Assembly: GCA_030141605.1 (NCBI GenBank)
Contig: JAQGDQ010000109.1
Span: 248,001-312,000, forward strand
Length of the DNA: 64,000 nt
Reading direction: 5' to 3'
Source of the DNA: Tubiluchus corallicola
Taxonomy: Eukaryota > Animalia > Priapulida
The notes under the pieces are model-generated. The model had not been told where the DNA came from. It searched no databases and saw nothing but the letters and a program-made list of their open reading frames with translations. A program made the position numbers and the translations under genes. Shown here piece by piece: positions 27,558-40,273 of the stretch. Numbering within the stretch: position 1 is the first letter of the stretch; every line of letters begins with the position of its first letter.

Positions 27558-27639
27558 CTTCATGATATAAAATGCTGTATTGTAAACTTTAGCCCAACAT
27601 TCTTACCTAGGAGAAGGAAATTCTGCTTTCAAACCCAGG

Positions 27640-28620
27640 CATGTTCAGTTTGTGTGTATATTATAGCAATCGTCCAAGGAAAGGAAACCCTTGGCAGAAA
27701 ATCAAACGCACCTGGCTAATCACAAAAACTGTTGCAAAAAATCTACGACTCCTTGGGGAAACCACCACAAATCTACAAGAAGTTGAAAGGGAAATGGATG
27801 GAAGAATGACGCTCTTGAGTGAAAGCCGCGAGGAAGCTCTAGGACCGATCATACCACTTGTGAGCCAAAAGACTAGTCTACCACTTGCGACAGGCAGTTG
27901 GAAAGCAGGACCATGTACATTGTACATAGCAGGGAAAGTGGCACAGATTGCAAGAGATATGAGGAGACCATTGATTTAAATTCTAAAAATCAGTGAGAGA
28001 AGGTGGAGTTGATTTGGAAAAGATGCTGAAAGATCTGAATAATATGCTTGGTGCCATGAAAGAAGGACGCAGTACGGTGAACACGAATAACGCTTTCCAA
28101 AAGGAGAACAACATTCTTTTGCCTCAAGGAATTCTGGATATCAAGGAATATATAATATAAAAATGTCAGGCGAAATACAAAGCTACCACTATGTAAGACC
28201 TTAATGGAAACAGTCTTAATTCTACGGTTCTGAAAAGATAATAAAAAGACACTGAAAAGATGAAAAGATAGATGTGTTTCAAAGGAAACGTTTATGGCAC
28301 ATTCTAAAGATAAAATGGTAGGACCACATCAGGAATGAAGATTTGTTGGATAGGGGCCAGCACGAAGAATATGGGTGATGAGGTAAGGAAGAGAAACTGG
28401 AAGTTCATAAGTCGCATATTGAAGGAAGAAGACAAGAGCTGTGCGATTGCCATGACAGGAACACCAAAAGACAGACGAAACCTGTAAGACCAAAAACTAC
28501 CTGGAGACACCCAGTCGAGAAAGAGAAAAAGTTATTAGGGTGGTGAATGCGGAATGAAGCACAAGCTGTTACCATCAACCTTTGCCTTTTCGAATAGCAT
28601 GGAAAGAGTGTGTTTACCTA
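27640..28620 (+). mobile_element. Degraded RTE-like LINE fragment in the coiled-coil gene intron
   Basis: Frameshifted pieces IKW*DHIRNEDLLDR, RKRNWKFISRILK and RPKTTWRH match the RTE ORF2 C-terminal signature (W.D.I.NE....R..W.GH.LR...GRP..TW). Confidence 0.7.
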
Positions 28621-28786
28621 GGTAGGTAAGAGCTGAGAGGTACTACGCACAACCACAAAAAACTGTGCTACATTATTTGCAACAAATAGCAGTTTCTGAG
28701 TTACTTAATTCTATGAAAAATAGAAAATAAAAACTCGAAGTTTGCAGTTGTTTTCAAATAAAAAATGTATGATGATAACCCCCTAC

Positions 28787-29908
28787 TTTATAATCGGAAT
28801 CGACCTTCTTTATATGTTCCTTAGAAACTTCTTCCCGAAACTTGACTAGAGAACCTTTGGAAGTTGGTGTTGTTCTTTCCTTGGATGTCGATTTCGATAG
28901 CTGAACACTTCTCGAAGACTCAGCTCTTAACTGATTCCTGGATTTTGTCCGTGGCGCCTGCCACAATGATTTAATGCTTCCCGATTTCATATTCTCTAAT
29001 GATTTTTTCAGCTCGCGTGCATGTAATTTGCGTTTCTGCAGCTCTTTTTCCTTTGTCTTTAATGTGTTTTCTAAATGAGCAACCCGATTCTTTAAACTGT
29101 CACACATTTTCTCGAACTTGTGTTTGTCCGCTAGCGCTAGGTTAAGATTCATCATTTCTTTAGTCAGCTCTGCTTGCAAAGTATCCACCTGCTTTTGACT
29201 TTTCTCAGCCGCTTCGACATATTGCTTAAATACCTGTATTATATTCTCTACTTTTGCCTTTTCCGGTGCAAGTTTTCTAGATAGCATGTCTTGTAGCTCT
29301 TTCGCAACTGCATGATACGCATATCCACTAGAAATGGAATGAGGACGAATTGATGAACCAGGACTCGACTCTCCGCTGGCTCTATTTGATCTACTCGCCG
29401 CCATTTTCAGCTTTGCCAACCTGGACATCAACTTATCGGCTTCTGTCCCAAATTTTCTTCCGAGTGTTTGTAATTTTTCAATAACTTCTTTCATGAATCG
29501 TAGCGCTTTTACTATCTCTGTATGATAGCCGCACATTTGGTTCACTTTTTTTCTGAAATCTTCGTCATCTACTAACACTAAATTGGTGGAATTCTTCAAG
29601 AACACCTGAACCTCCGCCACAATGTCGTATTTTTCGTCGCAAACTTGTATGTATTCAATGATGCGATTTAGGATCTCCTGCTGTTGCATTCTAGTCTCAA
29701 ACTCTTTTTCGTATTCTTGACGCTGTAACTCCTGTTTTTGCTCCCATGTGTGATGCACAATCGTATCTATTCCCGCTTCTAAAAGGATAACTTCTATTTT
29801 GCGGTAAGCTTCCTGTAATTTATCATAAACGGCTCTTTTTTCTCTATCGGATTTTTTCATTTCTAAGCGGGAAAGAATCGCTTCTGGTGATATCACAAAG
29901 TCATCCAT
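28787..29908 (-). CDS. Large coiled-coil protein (FAM186-like?), exon 1 (join 29908-28787, 25880-24180; about 940 aa)
   Basis: Long E/K/Q/L-rich helical ORF starting MDDFVISPEAILSRLE. Donor GATTATAAA|gtaggg (phase 0) joins in frame to the 24180-25880 exon. Confidence 0.8.
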
Positions 29909-30496
29909 GATAAAATTTACAAACAAATATAGGACCGGTGTTAAAACCTTACTATGATTTTTTGTTTAACTTCCACTAGTACATGTAATACCAAAATGAT
30001 GTTCCAAATGAGCTTATCTAAGTATTCCAGAATGTGGTGATAATCTGTAAAACAAACAAAGCGGACAAAGCGGTTTTTTAATCGTTCTATTTAAACTGAA
30101 AAGCAAGTTTTGAAGGACTGTCATTTAACAGCTGAAACAAGAAGAAGATTTAGAGGCAGACGTTGACTTTACATCCTTAGTGTCAATTATGAATAGCAAT
30201 TTTGTATTTGAGATCTGTTTCACCATTTTAAAACCTTATGAATAAGAAAACACACTAATTTCTGCAAGTACTATAATGAAGTGTTAGAATTCTGTAAAAT
30301 TCTGTAAGCTCAGCTCAGTCATTATCATATTTTTTTATTGATACTAAACGAAAATTTGTTACTGTGAACTTTCTTTAATCTTTGTATATTGAATAAGGAT
30401 GCTGTTTTCTAAAAAGTAGAAAATTTTGGACTATGAAATGTTTCAATACTGCTAACCCTTTTAAAGATTGCAAATATTAATTTTATTGTCAATAAA

Positions 30497-30820
<324 letters not shown>

Positions 30821-31218
30821 ATTGTAATCCGTAATTATAAGAAATGCGTTGCTGGAGAAGAGAAGATGGAAACAAAGCAAAACTGCTTTGGTGCGAAAGA
30901 TACTTTTTGATCATTTCACCACTGTCTGTTCATGAACTTTTGTAGCTTGGAATAGACTGGATGCATGAAAATATGCATTTAGCAAGTGAGTGGTCAATAG
31001 CTGGAATGATATAAGCAGCTATAGCCTAACACTTAAATAAGTAAAATAAATTCAAAAGAAATTTAGAGCAGCGAAATCCATGTACGTAACGCACGTTAAA
31101 TGCCAGTAGAGAATAGGCATGATCCAGCTAACGTGTAAGAGTGCCCTTTTGTTCCTGTGTGCTTTTACTATGACTCTAAATGAGCAGTGTAAACTCCATG
31201 CAGATTTCTGTCTACCGT

Positions 31219-31237
31219 TGTGTGTATGTGTGTATGA

Positions 31238-31269
<32 letters not shown>

Positions 31270-31275
31270 GCGCGC

Positions 31276-31318
<43 letters not shown>

Positions 31319-31320
31319 TC
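31219..31320. repeat. Alternating purine-pyrimidine (TG)n/(TGCG)n/(CG)n tract
   Basis: Directly visible. Confidence 0.9.
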
Positions 31321-31569
31321 GTTCTGTATGACGTGTATATTCACGAATGAAGTATAGGTATGAAGTATAGGTATAAATTATGCGGTGTCTGTGTATAATG
31401 TTTATCTTTGTGCATTTGTACATGACGTGTATATTCTTAAACAAATAATTATATATCTGCATGATTATATAAATTTATATAGTTCAAGTCCAAGCATCAT
31501 TATCTAATTTGTTACATGATGTATTTTTCAAATAAATAATATAATTCAAAGACCCACTCAGCGTTTATG

Positions 31570-31684
31570 GGGCCGGTTTCACAAAGCCGTCACTATTACA
31601 TTCGTCGTTATTACATTCACTACATTCTCTTAACTATTAATAACGTCGTCGTTAAGTTAGTGACGGCTTTGCGAAAGTGGGCCC
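31570..31684. mobile_element. MITE (PIF/Harbinger-like termini)
   Basis: About 26-bp imperfect TIRs GGGCCGGTTTCACAAAGCCGTCACTA / TAGTGACGGCTTTGCGAAAGTGGGCCC around a short AT-rich core. Confidence 0.7.
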
Positions 31685-32350
31685 TGTCCTGTAGCTATTC
31701 AGAGTTTTACGGATAAATTTACTTCATCTATGGCTATCTTTTGCAGAACATATTCTTTAACTTACCATAAATAATAAAAATTCTGTAGTAAGATTACAAT
31801 TATAAAATGTTACATTAGAAATTTATTATATTACATAAACAATTATACAAACTGAAAACATTGATGTTATGAGAATTAATCACTACCGATCAACGATAAA
31901 TGCATGAATGAACAAAATTAATGACAATGAGAATTGCACTGTGGTACATGCTGAAATAACGGAGAAGTCTTTTCCACCTGTCTAAGCGGGAACGGAAACG
32001 AGGTCGAGAAACGGGAAGGAGAAAGGGCGAAAAGCTTAACCCTGAGAATACGTCACCTTCATCGAAAACTTTTCAATGTCATATACGTGGGTATAAACAT
32101 ACCAGTGATTCGAAATAGAATTAAGTACATCGGTGTATTCGTGGAATTAAGGTAATAGATTCGGAGGCCATTATATATTAAGTAAGTTCCACTGGGATTG
32201 ACAATTGCTTATCTAAAAAAATAAGCAATCACATACTGCATCTCGTTTTGGGTAATGGCAATAATTAGCGTCTGTACAAGCTGACAACTCACTCGCTCAC
32301 TCACTTCAATAATTACACTTTTATACATTCGTTATATCTGAGCAACAAGA

Positions 32351-34237
32351 CTATTTGCCAGAATGACCGCTTTTTCGTTGGTTTCTGCGCCTCTTGCCAC
32401 CATAATTGTTAGCACTTCCATACCCGTTTGATTGCCTTTGATTGCCATAACCTTTGTCGCTTTCGCTGTTATAGCCCACATCACTCAAGTTGTCAACCAC
32501 ATACTCAAAGCCTTTAGTTCCTGTGTTCTGAATTTGAAAATTTGATCCAAAGTTTGGATCAAATCCCCCGGATCCAGAAAATCCTGTGCCAAAGTTGCTT
32601 GTCCCAGTGAAGCCTGTGCCAACATTAGTAGATCCACCAAATCCTGTCACTCCTGTTGTCGGGAAACTGCCTGTGCCAGTAAATCCAGATGTTCCAAAGT
32701 TAGTTCCAAAGTTTGATGTTCCGAAGCTTGTTCCAGAGTTGCTTCCACTACCGTATCCACTATTTCCATTATTGTTTCCATAGCCACTTTTGCCTTTCTT
32801 TCCTTTGCTACTTCCTTTATTCCCATAACCACTTCCGCCATTATTGCCATAACTACTGTCACCTTTGTTGCCATAACCACCGCCACCATTATCGCCATAA
32901 CCACTCCCACCATTATTTTCATAACCACTACCACCACCGTTACCATAACCGCTTCCTCCATTGCTGCCATAACCATTCCCACCGTTATTTCCATAACCAC
33001 TACCACCACCATTATCATAACCGCTTCCTCCATTGCTGCCATAACCACTCCCACCATTATTTCCATAACCACTACCACCACCGTTACCATAACCGCTTCC
33101 TCCATTGCTGCCATGACCACTCCCACCATTATTTCCATAACCAGTACCACCACCGTTACCATAATCGCTTCCTCCATTGCTGCCATAACCACTCCCGCCA
33201 TTATTTCCATAACCATTACCACCACCGTTACCATATCCGCTTCCTCCATTGCTGCCATAACCACTCCCGCCATTACTGGCATAACCACTACCACCACTGT
33301 TACCATAACCACTTCCTCCATTGCTCCCGTAACCACCATCACCATTATTGCCATAACCACTACCACCACCGTTACCATAACCGCTTCCTCCATTGCTGCC
33401 ATAACCACTCCCGCCATTATTTCCATAACCACTACCACCACTGTTACCATAACCACTTCCTCCATTGCTCCCGTAACCACTATCACCATTATTGCCATAA
33501 CCACTTCCACTATCTCCATAACCAATATCCCTACCATAACCACTAAAAGCACTTCTTTTGTTTTTCTTCAGTGGATGCTTCTTCACTTGACTGGTGTGCC
33601 TGTTATAGCTAGGTCCATACCCTTCACGGTTTTTCAAAGGAGCATGGTATGGTTGGTATATCGCCTCAGTAGTTGTTAGGAAATAAACGTCAGTGACGTC
33701 CTTCCCTTCTAAGATATAGCGATTGGAAACAGAAGGTTCGTCATCCTCCTCGTCTTCCTCATCATCATTATCATCGGATCCTGCTGTAAGGTATCGCAGG
33801 AAAGCACTCTTTGATTTTTTTTGTTTTTTAGATGTTCGTACTGGATTGTATATGGATTGTTTATGGCTTGAATATGGATTATATATAGTCATTGACGAGC
33901 TTGATGTCTCTCCGTTTTCAGCTATGTCCTCTACTTTTTTGTTGTGCAGGTCATAAAAGCGTTTGTGATGGTAGACATTCATCGGCTCTTCTGTGGTTGT
34001 AGTAGTCTCTGATGTTGTCGGTGTTGTGTATGTTGTGGTGTCATAGTAATGAGTAGTCGTATCTTCATAACCATGATGTACTTCCACATATGGATTTGAG
34101 TTTGACGGATCGTCATCGTCTGATGGTCGCGTAAGGACACTGCTGGGCCTTTCGTATGGATCTGCGTCAGGATCGTTAAATACGTTGCTGTAGCCAATTG
34201 GGTTGTAATCTCTCATCGTCATCTTCCAGGCTTCAGC
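32351..34237 (-). CDS. Secreted glycine-rich structural protein with 29 GSGYGxxG octapeptide repeats (matrix/shell/adhesive/eggshell-like), main exon
   Basis: 628-codon open frame. It has a Thr-rich and acidic N-region, a KKNKR dibasic site, 29 tandem 24-nt repeats (33508-32813), a GTNF/GTGF segment and a basic C-terminus. Confidence 0.9.
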   Translation of the reverse strand, partial: AEAWKMTMRDYNPIGYSNVFNDPDADPYERPSSVLTRPSDDDDPSNSNPYVEVHHGYEDTTTHYYDTTTYTTPTTSETTTTTEEPMNVYHHKRFYDLHNKKVEDIAENGETSSSSMTIYNPYSSHKQSIYNPVRTSKKQKKSKSAFLRYLTAGSDDNDDEEDEEDDEPSVSNRYILEGKDVTDVYFLTTTEAIYQPYHAPLKNREGYGPSYNRHTSQVKKHPLKKNKRSAFSGYGRDIGYGDSGSGYGNNGDSGYGSNGGSGYGNSGGSGYGNNGGSGYGSNGGSGYGNGGGSGYGNNGDGGYGSNGGSGYGNSGGSGYASNGGSGYGSNGGSGYGNGGGNGYGNNGGSGYGSNGGSDYGNGGGTGYGNNGGSGHGSNGGSGYGNGGGSGYGNNGGSGYGSNGGSGYDNGGGSGYGNNGGNGYGSNGGSGYGNGGGSGYENNGGSGYGDNGGGGYGNKGDSSYGNNGGSGYGNKGSSKGKKGKSGYGNNNGNSGYGSGSNSGTSFGTSNFGTNFGTSGFTGTGSFPTTGVTGFGGSTNVGTGFTGTSNFGTGFSGSGGFDPNFGSNFQIQNTGTKGFEYVVDNLSDVGYNSESDKGYGNQRQSNGYGSANNYGGKRRRNQRKSGHSGK

Positions 34238-34918
34238 CTATATTAAAATACAAACCTATATTCTTAGTAAACTAACTAAGTAAACTAACTAAGTAAACTA
34301 ACTTAGTAAACTTACTATTCAACATCACTACATTATTATCCATCAATTGTTCTTTTTATTAAGATTTTGCTAGAATGTTACTTACATAGCTTTTTCCACA
34401 TTTTGTGAACTAATAGTCAAAAACATCGATTCAAGAAACAAAGGAGGCCCTGTTTGTTTAACTAATTTTCCCAAACATTCTTAGTTGAAAAGCTCTCTCC
34501 TTCCTTCAAGAAAATTCCCTCCTTTCCTTTAAGATAACATTTGTTTAATTTCTTATTCACGGTATCAGTTACCAGGGCGCAGAAGAAATGGTTTTCATAA
34601 CAAATGTTATTATTGTTGTTATAGTTGCTTATTCAAAATTTTGCATAACGTTTTGCCATACATATGGTGTCATCCGAAAATGTTAAACAAGAATTGTAGG
34701 CAACAGCAATTTTTAAATAAAATGAATAACTTCAATTCAGGTAGTTAAATAAAGTTCTGAAATGTTGTATGATTATAACAGCGACTAGAAAGTTAAGATT
34801 TCTGAAAATATTATATGGTGTTCAGATTCTAATGAAGTAATACAGATTGTGAAACATTATGGAAGATTTTGAATAAATGAGTAATAATGAATTATTTTGA
34901 ATAAATGAATAATAATGA

Positions 34919-35219
<301 letters not shown>

Positions 35220-38167
35220 AATATTTGCCATATGTTAGTACTGGCACTGATAATGTTAAGTTAGTTGACGGGCAGTTACTATTAAATTAACTCGTGCTCT
35301 GATTGCAAGGACCTGTGTAGTTTATTGATTATGTCGATTATTCAAACGTCCTTGGTTCACACCAAGTATCAGTACCAATTTTCCAGACACACTTTGCTTT
35401 CAAAAAATTAATAATCGTGTGTTCAACGTCTATGGTCAAAGTTACAAAGAGACAACGAATAATTTATCAGATAGCCAAGTCGTCAGATTTACCATCTTTG
35501 ATTACTGAATATTTTAGAAAGAAATTAAATGATAAAAATGAAAACAAATCTGGAGGCGAGTTGTCGTGAGAGACAATTCATAGCTGAAATTCAAAAAGTC
35601 ATTGATTAGAGCGCGAGGTTAGTGAATTTTACAATGTTCGCAACATCGTTAATAGATGAATATTAAATTAAACGTAAAAAACTTCTTCATTTGTGATTTT
35701 GAAATGTCAAACGCCATATCGGTTAAATTTTACGTATCTCGAAAACGAGTGGTCAAAATGAAATGAAACTTGACGGTTAGATTGACAATAATAATTAGAC
35801 ATATCTTTACCACGTTCATTTAACTCGCTTAGATGTTGGCGGTTTGAGTTTCTTTTTGCATGCATTTGTAACTAATAGATTGAGCTCGATGAAACTCTTG
35901 CAAGTTTAATTATTACAGAGTGTAAGACCGATATGCGGCTTACACGTATTGTCATAACAAATAACTTTTTCGCGACTACATAATACTAAAAGCTTCAGGC
36001 AGTTTTAACTCATTATTTTTTATGGGTGTAGTTGCTTTCATTTTCTTCCGCTCTAATAACTGAACTATATAACGAGTGCAATAAAACAGAAATCACGTTG
36101 CACAATTATTGTCGTATTTAAAAACGAAAAGTTCACAATGGCTATTAGGCTGTCACCAATTCAGAAATTCAGTTTGCGAAACGATTTTACACTGTTGAGT
36201 TACGTGACCTTTCTTTGCAATTAAAGAACGTAATATATACATGTATTTGCGAAATTTTGCAACTAGTTAAAGATAATGGTGATAAAAGCACTAGTAAATA
36301 CTCCTTGCTTGATTGTTGTGAATGTTGTTTTGATTGTTGTGAAATTGTTTGAATGATTGTTTGAATAATAATAAATTGAATAATTTGACACTGGACATGA
36401 AAAATTTCATGTCTGAAAACTGATAAAGAAATTTTAACTGCCTGAGCTACTACATGGCCTTTCGCGTTAATCGGCGCTTCATTTCCTATTTCCTGCTTTT
36501 TCTGAGGTTGGCCTGTGCCTTGATGTTGACGAAGCCAAAAAAGTTTATAGTTAGAGGAATTTGAAGGGTCGTGTTAAACGCAATGCTTTAATGGGGGGGG
36601 GGGCGATTTTGATCTTCATAAATTAGTCAGCATTTCATTTATAAAAATAATTACACCATCTAACATCAAACCACAGTTAAGAATAAAAATAAAACATAAG
36701 TGGAGATGTTATGTAGGCTGCAGTCTCCTAACATACTTCCCGTTAGATGCTAACTGGTAAGTAAAGTTGTAAGAAGCGCTCCTCTCCTCAAACGGACATA
36801 AAACCAAGGACAGGATATAGGACTGTCATCAGATGTGAAATGAGTGATTTCGATTCATGTCTAGCTTAACCTTATGTATTTATCTTGTACTTTTCAGTTT
36901 TTGAGAGCAGAAACTAGAATTATGGGACACTACTTGTAAAAATTACGTACAGGCAAATTCTGTACAGGTAAACCTTTAACTACCACATTCAATCTTTTAT
37001 ACCACTGACTTAATTAACGGTTTTCAGTTGATTATTATCAATCTGTGTCAATGGGTGAGACGAACAGAATTACCAAAAATTTTAATACGTGTCACAAACT
37101 GTTGAACGTAGTTACCCAGGCGCGCTATGTATACTATTATACGCTTAGCAGCACTGTAATTTATAATACAACAATCAATTTAAATTGTCGCCTCTACCCC
37201 ACTCTTTTATTATAATGACAGATTTTATTATTCGGTTTCTGATGGCCGAACTTGATAAATCACGGTCAGTGAACATATGGAACTGCATGACCGTGGTTAG
37301 TAAATGAAAGTATGCATGACCGAGGATTCGTATGAAAGTAAGCATATAAATGTCCCAATCAACGAAATTAATTTATAGAAAATTTTATCCCAAGAATAAT
37401 TAACAAAGCAGAAATGTTGAATGATCCAGAAATTAATGCGTGTTAAACTTGAAAACATTTTATCATGGTTCATTTTTTGTCCACCAATGAAAACTACAAA
37501 ATCAAACTTTGATTATAGTCATGCCACTAAAACTGGAAATGCGTTTCACATAATGTGGAAATTAGTGACTGTCATAGTCAATTACCAGCCTGCACAAACA
37601 AAGGCCATCAGAATTAGGGTATACAATATTGAACTATGCCATTACTTGTTAATCAGCAGTCAATACTAATGATGTGACGTGGCACGAAACCAGCTTTACT
37701 TGCTACACAAATGATTTTAACTTTCTAAGATAAAATTTTTGAATCTTATATAAAAATCTTAGAACATTGAATGCATTTGAAGCAGTTAAGGTGATTTCAT
37801 ATTATGTGATTTATTAGTTACCGTTATCCAAACTTGAAATTTTCCGGGTGTTGTCTTAAAATGCCACAAATAATTTTCGTTTATTATCACTTTTTTGCAA
37901 GTAAAGCGCCAAACAAACTGGCAGAGCTGCCATTGAGAAATAATAACAGAAAAAATGTATGGCAACAATTACTAGATAAAAAAAGCCAATCAAATTTCAC
38001 TGCCTTATATAATGAGACGACATTATATAATGAGATAATATTACACATGGCATAAAAACACGTACTGTGCTCTTGTAGTGATCAGGACAACATGAAACAG
38101 AACATCTTTTTACCTTTCTTAGAGTATAATTAGAAAGGTAAGAGCCCAAATTAATTTCGAAATCATC

Positions 38168-38450
38168 TTTATTAAAACCGTGACGTTTCGGCTAGAGAAG
38201 TTTTAACCATCTTCCGGTTGTGACAACTCTTTATCAGCGTAATTACTTGTAGTAACAAAAAACACGAAACCTTGTCGTTCATTATTATGTTCACGTTTAT
38301 TGTGACTACTAGTTTTTAGGTCTGACTGTTGCCCGTTGTTTATTTAATGCAGATATTTGTATTTTTGGATGCTGGAAATAGTGAAATAGTATGTCATAGC
38401 CTGAAGATGATTAGAAGTATTCTAGCCGAAACGTTACGGTTTCAATAGAG
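38168..38450. mobile_element. Inverted pair of Penelope-type hammerhead-ribozyme-like motifs
   Basis: The + copy reads CTGAAGA (38401-38407), a hairpin, then GAAACGTTA (from 38428). A diverged reverse-complement copy of about 50 nt at 38168-38220 reads CGGAAGA...GAAACGTCA. Confidence 0.6.
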
Positions 38451-38526
38451 ACGCTTTTGAACATAAACATAAAAAGTTTGCGATTTTTAAACGAAAAATT
38501 TAAAGAATAAAGGAAGTGGCACTTAC

Positions 38527-38583
38527 CGAGTAACTGTGTACTAGCAGCAGCACCAGGGTGCCGAAAATCGTCGTCTCCCTCAT
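38527..38583 (-). CDS. Signal-peptide exon of the Gly/Asn/Tyr-rich secreted protein
   Basis: ATG at 38583 gives MRETTIFGTLVLLLVHSYS followed by TCG|gtaagt (phase 0). It joins acceptor aatatag|GCT at 34237 to give ...HSYSAEA/WK, a clean signal-peptidase site. The upstream acceptor gcatgcag precedes 38593. Confidence 0.85.
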
Positions 38584-39041
38584 CGTTCTTCTCCTGCATG
38601 CAAAAGAAGTAGCTTTACGAATAGGTGGAGAAGATTACTCAGCAATCGACAGACTATACAAATTACACTTAATTTTTGATTAGGATGTAAATTATTACTT
38701 ATTTGCGTGAGTAAAATGTATTCTAAAATTAATTAATAAAATACTGTTCAGAGAATGCACATCTTAACGAACGTTAATTTATTGTGCATGCAATAATCAA
38801 CAATCACATTTGTTTGATAGGCCTCAAGTTAACATTTTCGTTGCATTTGCTCTTTAATTTACCAGATTATCTTAACTTTCATGGCAAAAATATCCCACGT
38901 TCAGTTGAGCGTTTATGTAGAATAAATAATAATTAGTCTATACAATATATAAAACTAATTAAATAGAATAGCTGCGCCTCTTTCCGTCCAAGACGCTATC
39001 CAACTGAAGCTTATAAAATCATCGAAAGTTACAAAACTCAC

Positions 39042-39123
39042 CTGTGGAAAAAGCGAAGCTCACAAATTCAGAACTGCGTCAACGAAATCAGTGACAGCAG
39101 TTTCACCCAATTCAACTTTTATA
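39042..39123 (-). promoter_or_regulatory. TATA box, initiator and short non-coding first exon of the Gly-rich protein gene
   Basis: Minus-strand TATAAAA at 39123-39117, an Inr-like TCACT about 30 nt downstream (about 39094-39090), and a consensus donor CAG|gtgagt at 39041. Confidence 0.6.
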
Positions 39124-40121
39124 TCAAGTTTCTAATGTCAATGGCCTAGCGGCGTAGATGTCCGAAAAACCGTGACAATTTTATTAAATATGCATCAACT
39201 TTTGCTCTTTTTGATCGTAACATTCAGTTACCAGCTTGCGCTGATTGGCCTCACTCGAGGATTAGGTCTTTAGGTTAGACATTGTGTCTTGAGGCAACGT
39301 TTATTATAGCGTGTTGTAACTCTTACTTGGTCGTTAAATACACTTTCTATAAAACGCCAAGCACTTGTTGGTCTGTAGGATAGAATATTTAGCCCAAGGA
39401 AGTACATACGTTGACAGCAAGCTCTTTTGTTCTTTTCTGTTTTTGTTATTTTGTTCGAGTATGAAGTCTTGGTTTTATTTTATGTTTGCTGTTTGTCGGA
39501 AAACAAGACGTGGGTGCCCCCCCCCGTGGGGTCCTCCATGAACGTACGTAATCGAGAAAAGGCAAACCAGGGCTTTTAGATACAACAGCTGCTAAGGGAA
39601 TCATTTACCGCTATTGCTGATGTAGCATTACGCGGAATGTGCCTGCTCTGGCGGCTTGGTAGCTTGGTGCCAGTTTGTACGGGGACATCTTTAAATATTG
39701 TCATAAAGCAATTTGTTAAATTCACGTGAAGAAGGTTTTGGCCGTACAGAACGGGCCATCAACAGTATTTAACATATCACAAAGAGAAAGAGCAAATAAG
39801 CCCACAGTTAACAATAAAACAAAAGTTTTAAAATTATCGTACGGTACATGTTTGACGGCAGCTGTTAATAAGGCAGTCAATGAAGTGACATAACAAAAAG
39901 TTATTTAATTTCAACTCTGTTTGCCAGCGATTGTTCCGCTTAAATTAATTTTGATAAACAGAAAAGAGAAGTATTTTATTTAAATTTCAATAAGATGAAG
40001 AATGTCATCAAAGTAACAAGACAAAAAATAAACTTTGTAGAAATATTAGCAAATCGCTTCACCTCCCTGTATTCGTCAATAACATTAAAGCTACAAAATT
40101 GTACATTGATTGCAATAAAGA

Positions 40122-40273
<152 letters not shown>

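Noticed and set aside
32586-33956. His/Cys-rich, Thr/Ile-rich and Val/Met-rich ORFs overlapping the Gly-rich gene
   Set aside because: Alternative-frame and antisense shadows of the stop-poor 24-nt repeat; only the Gly frame has a splice-linked signal peptide.
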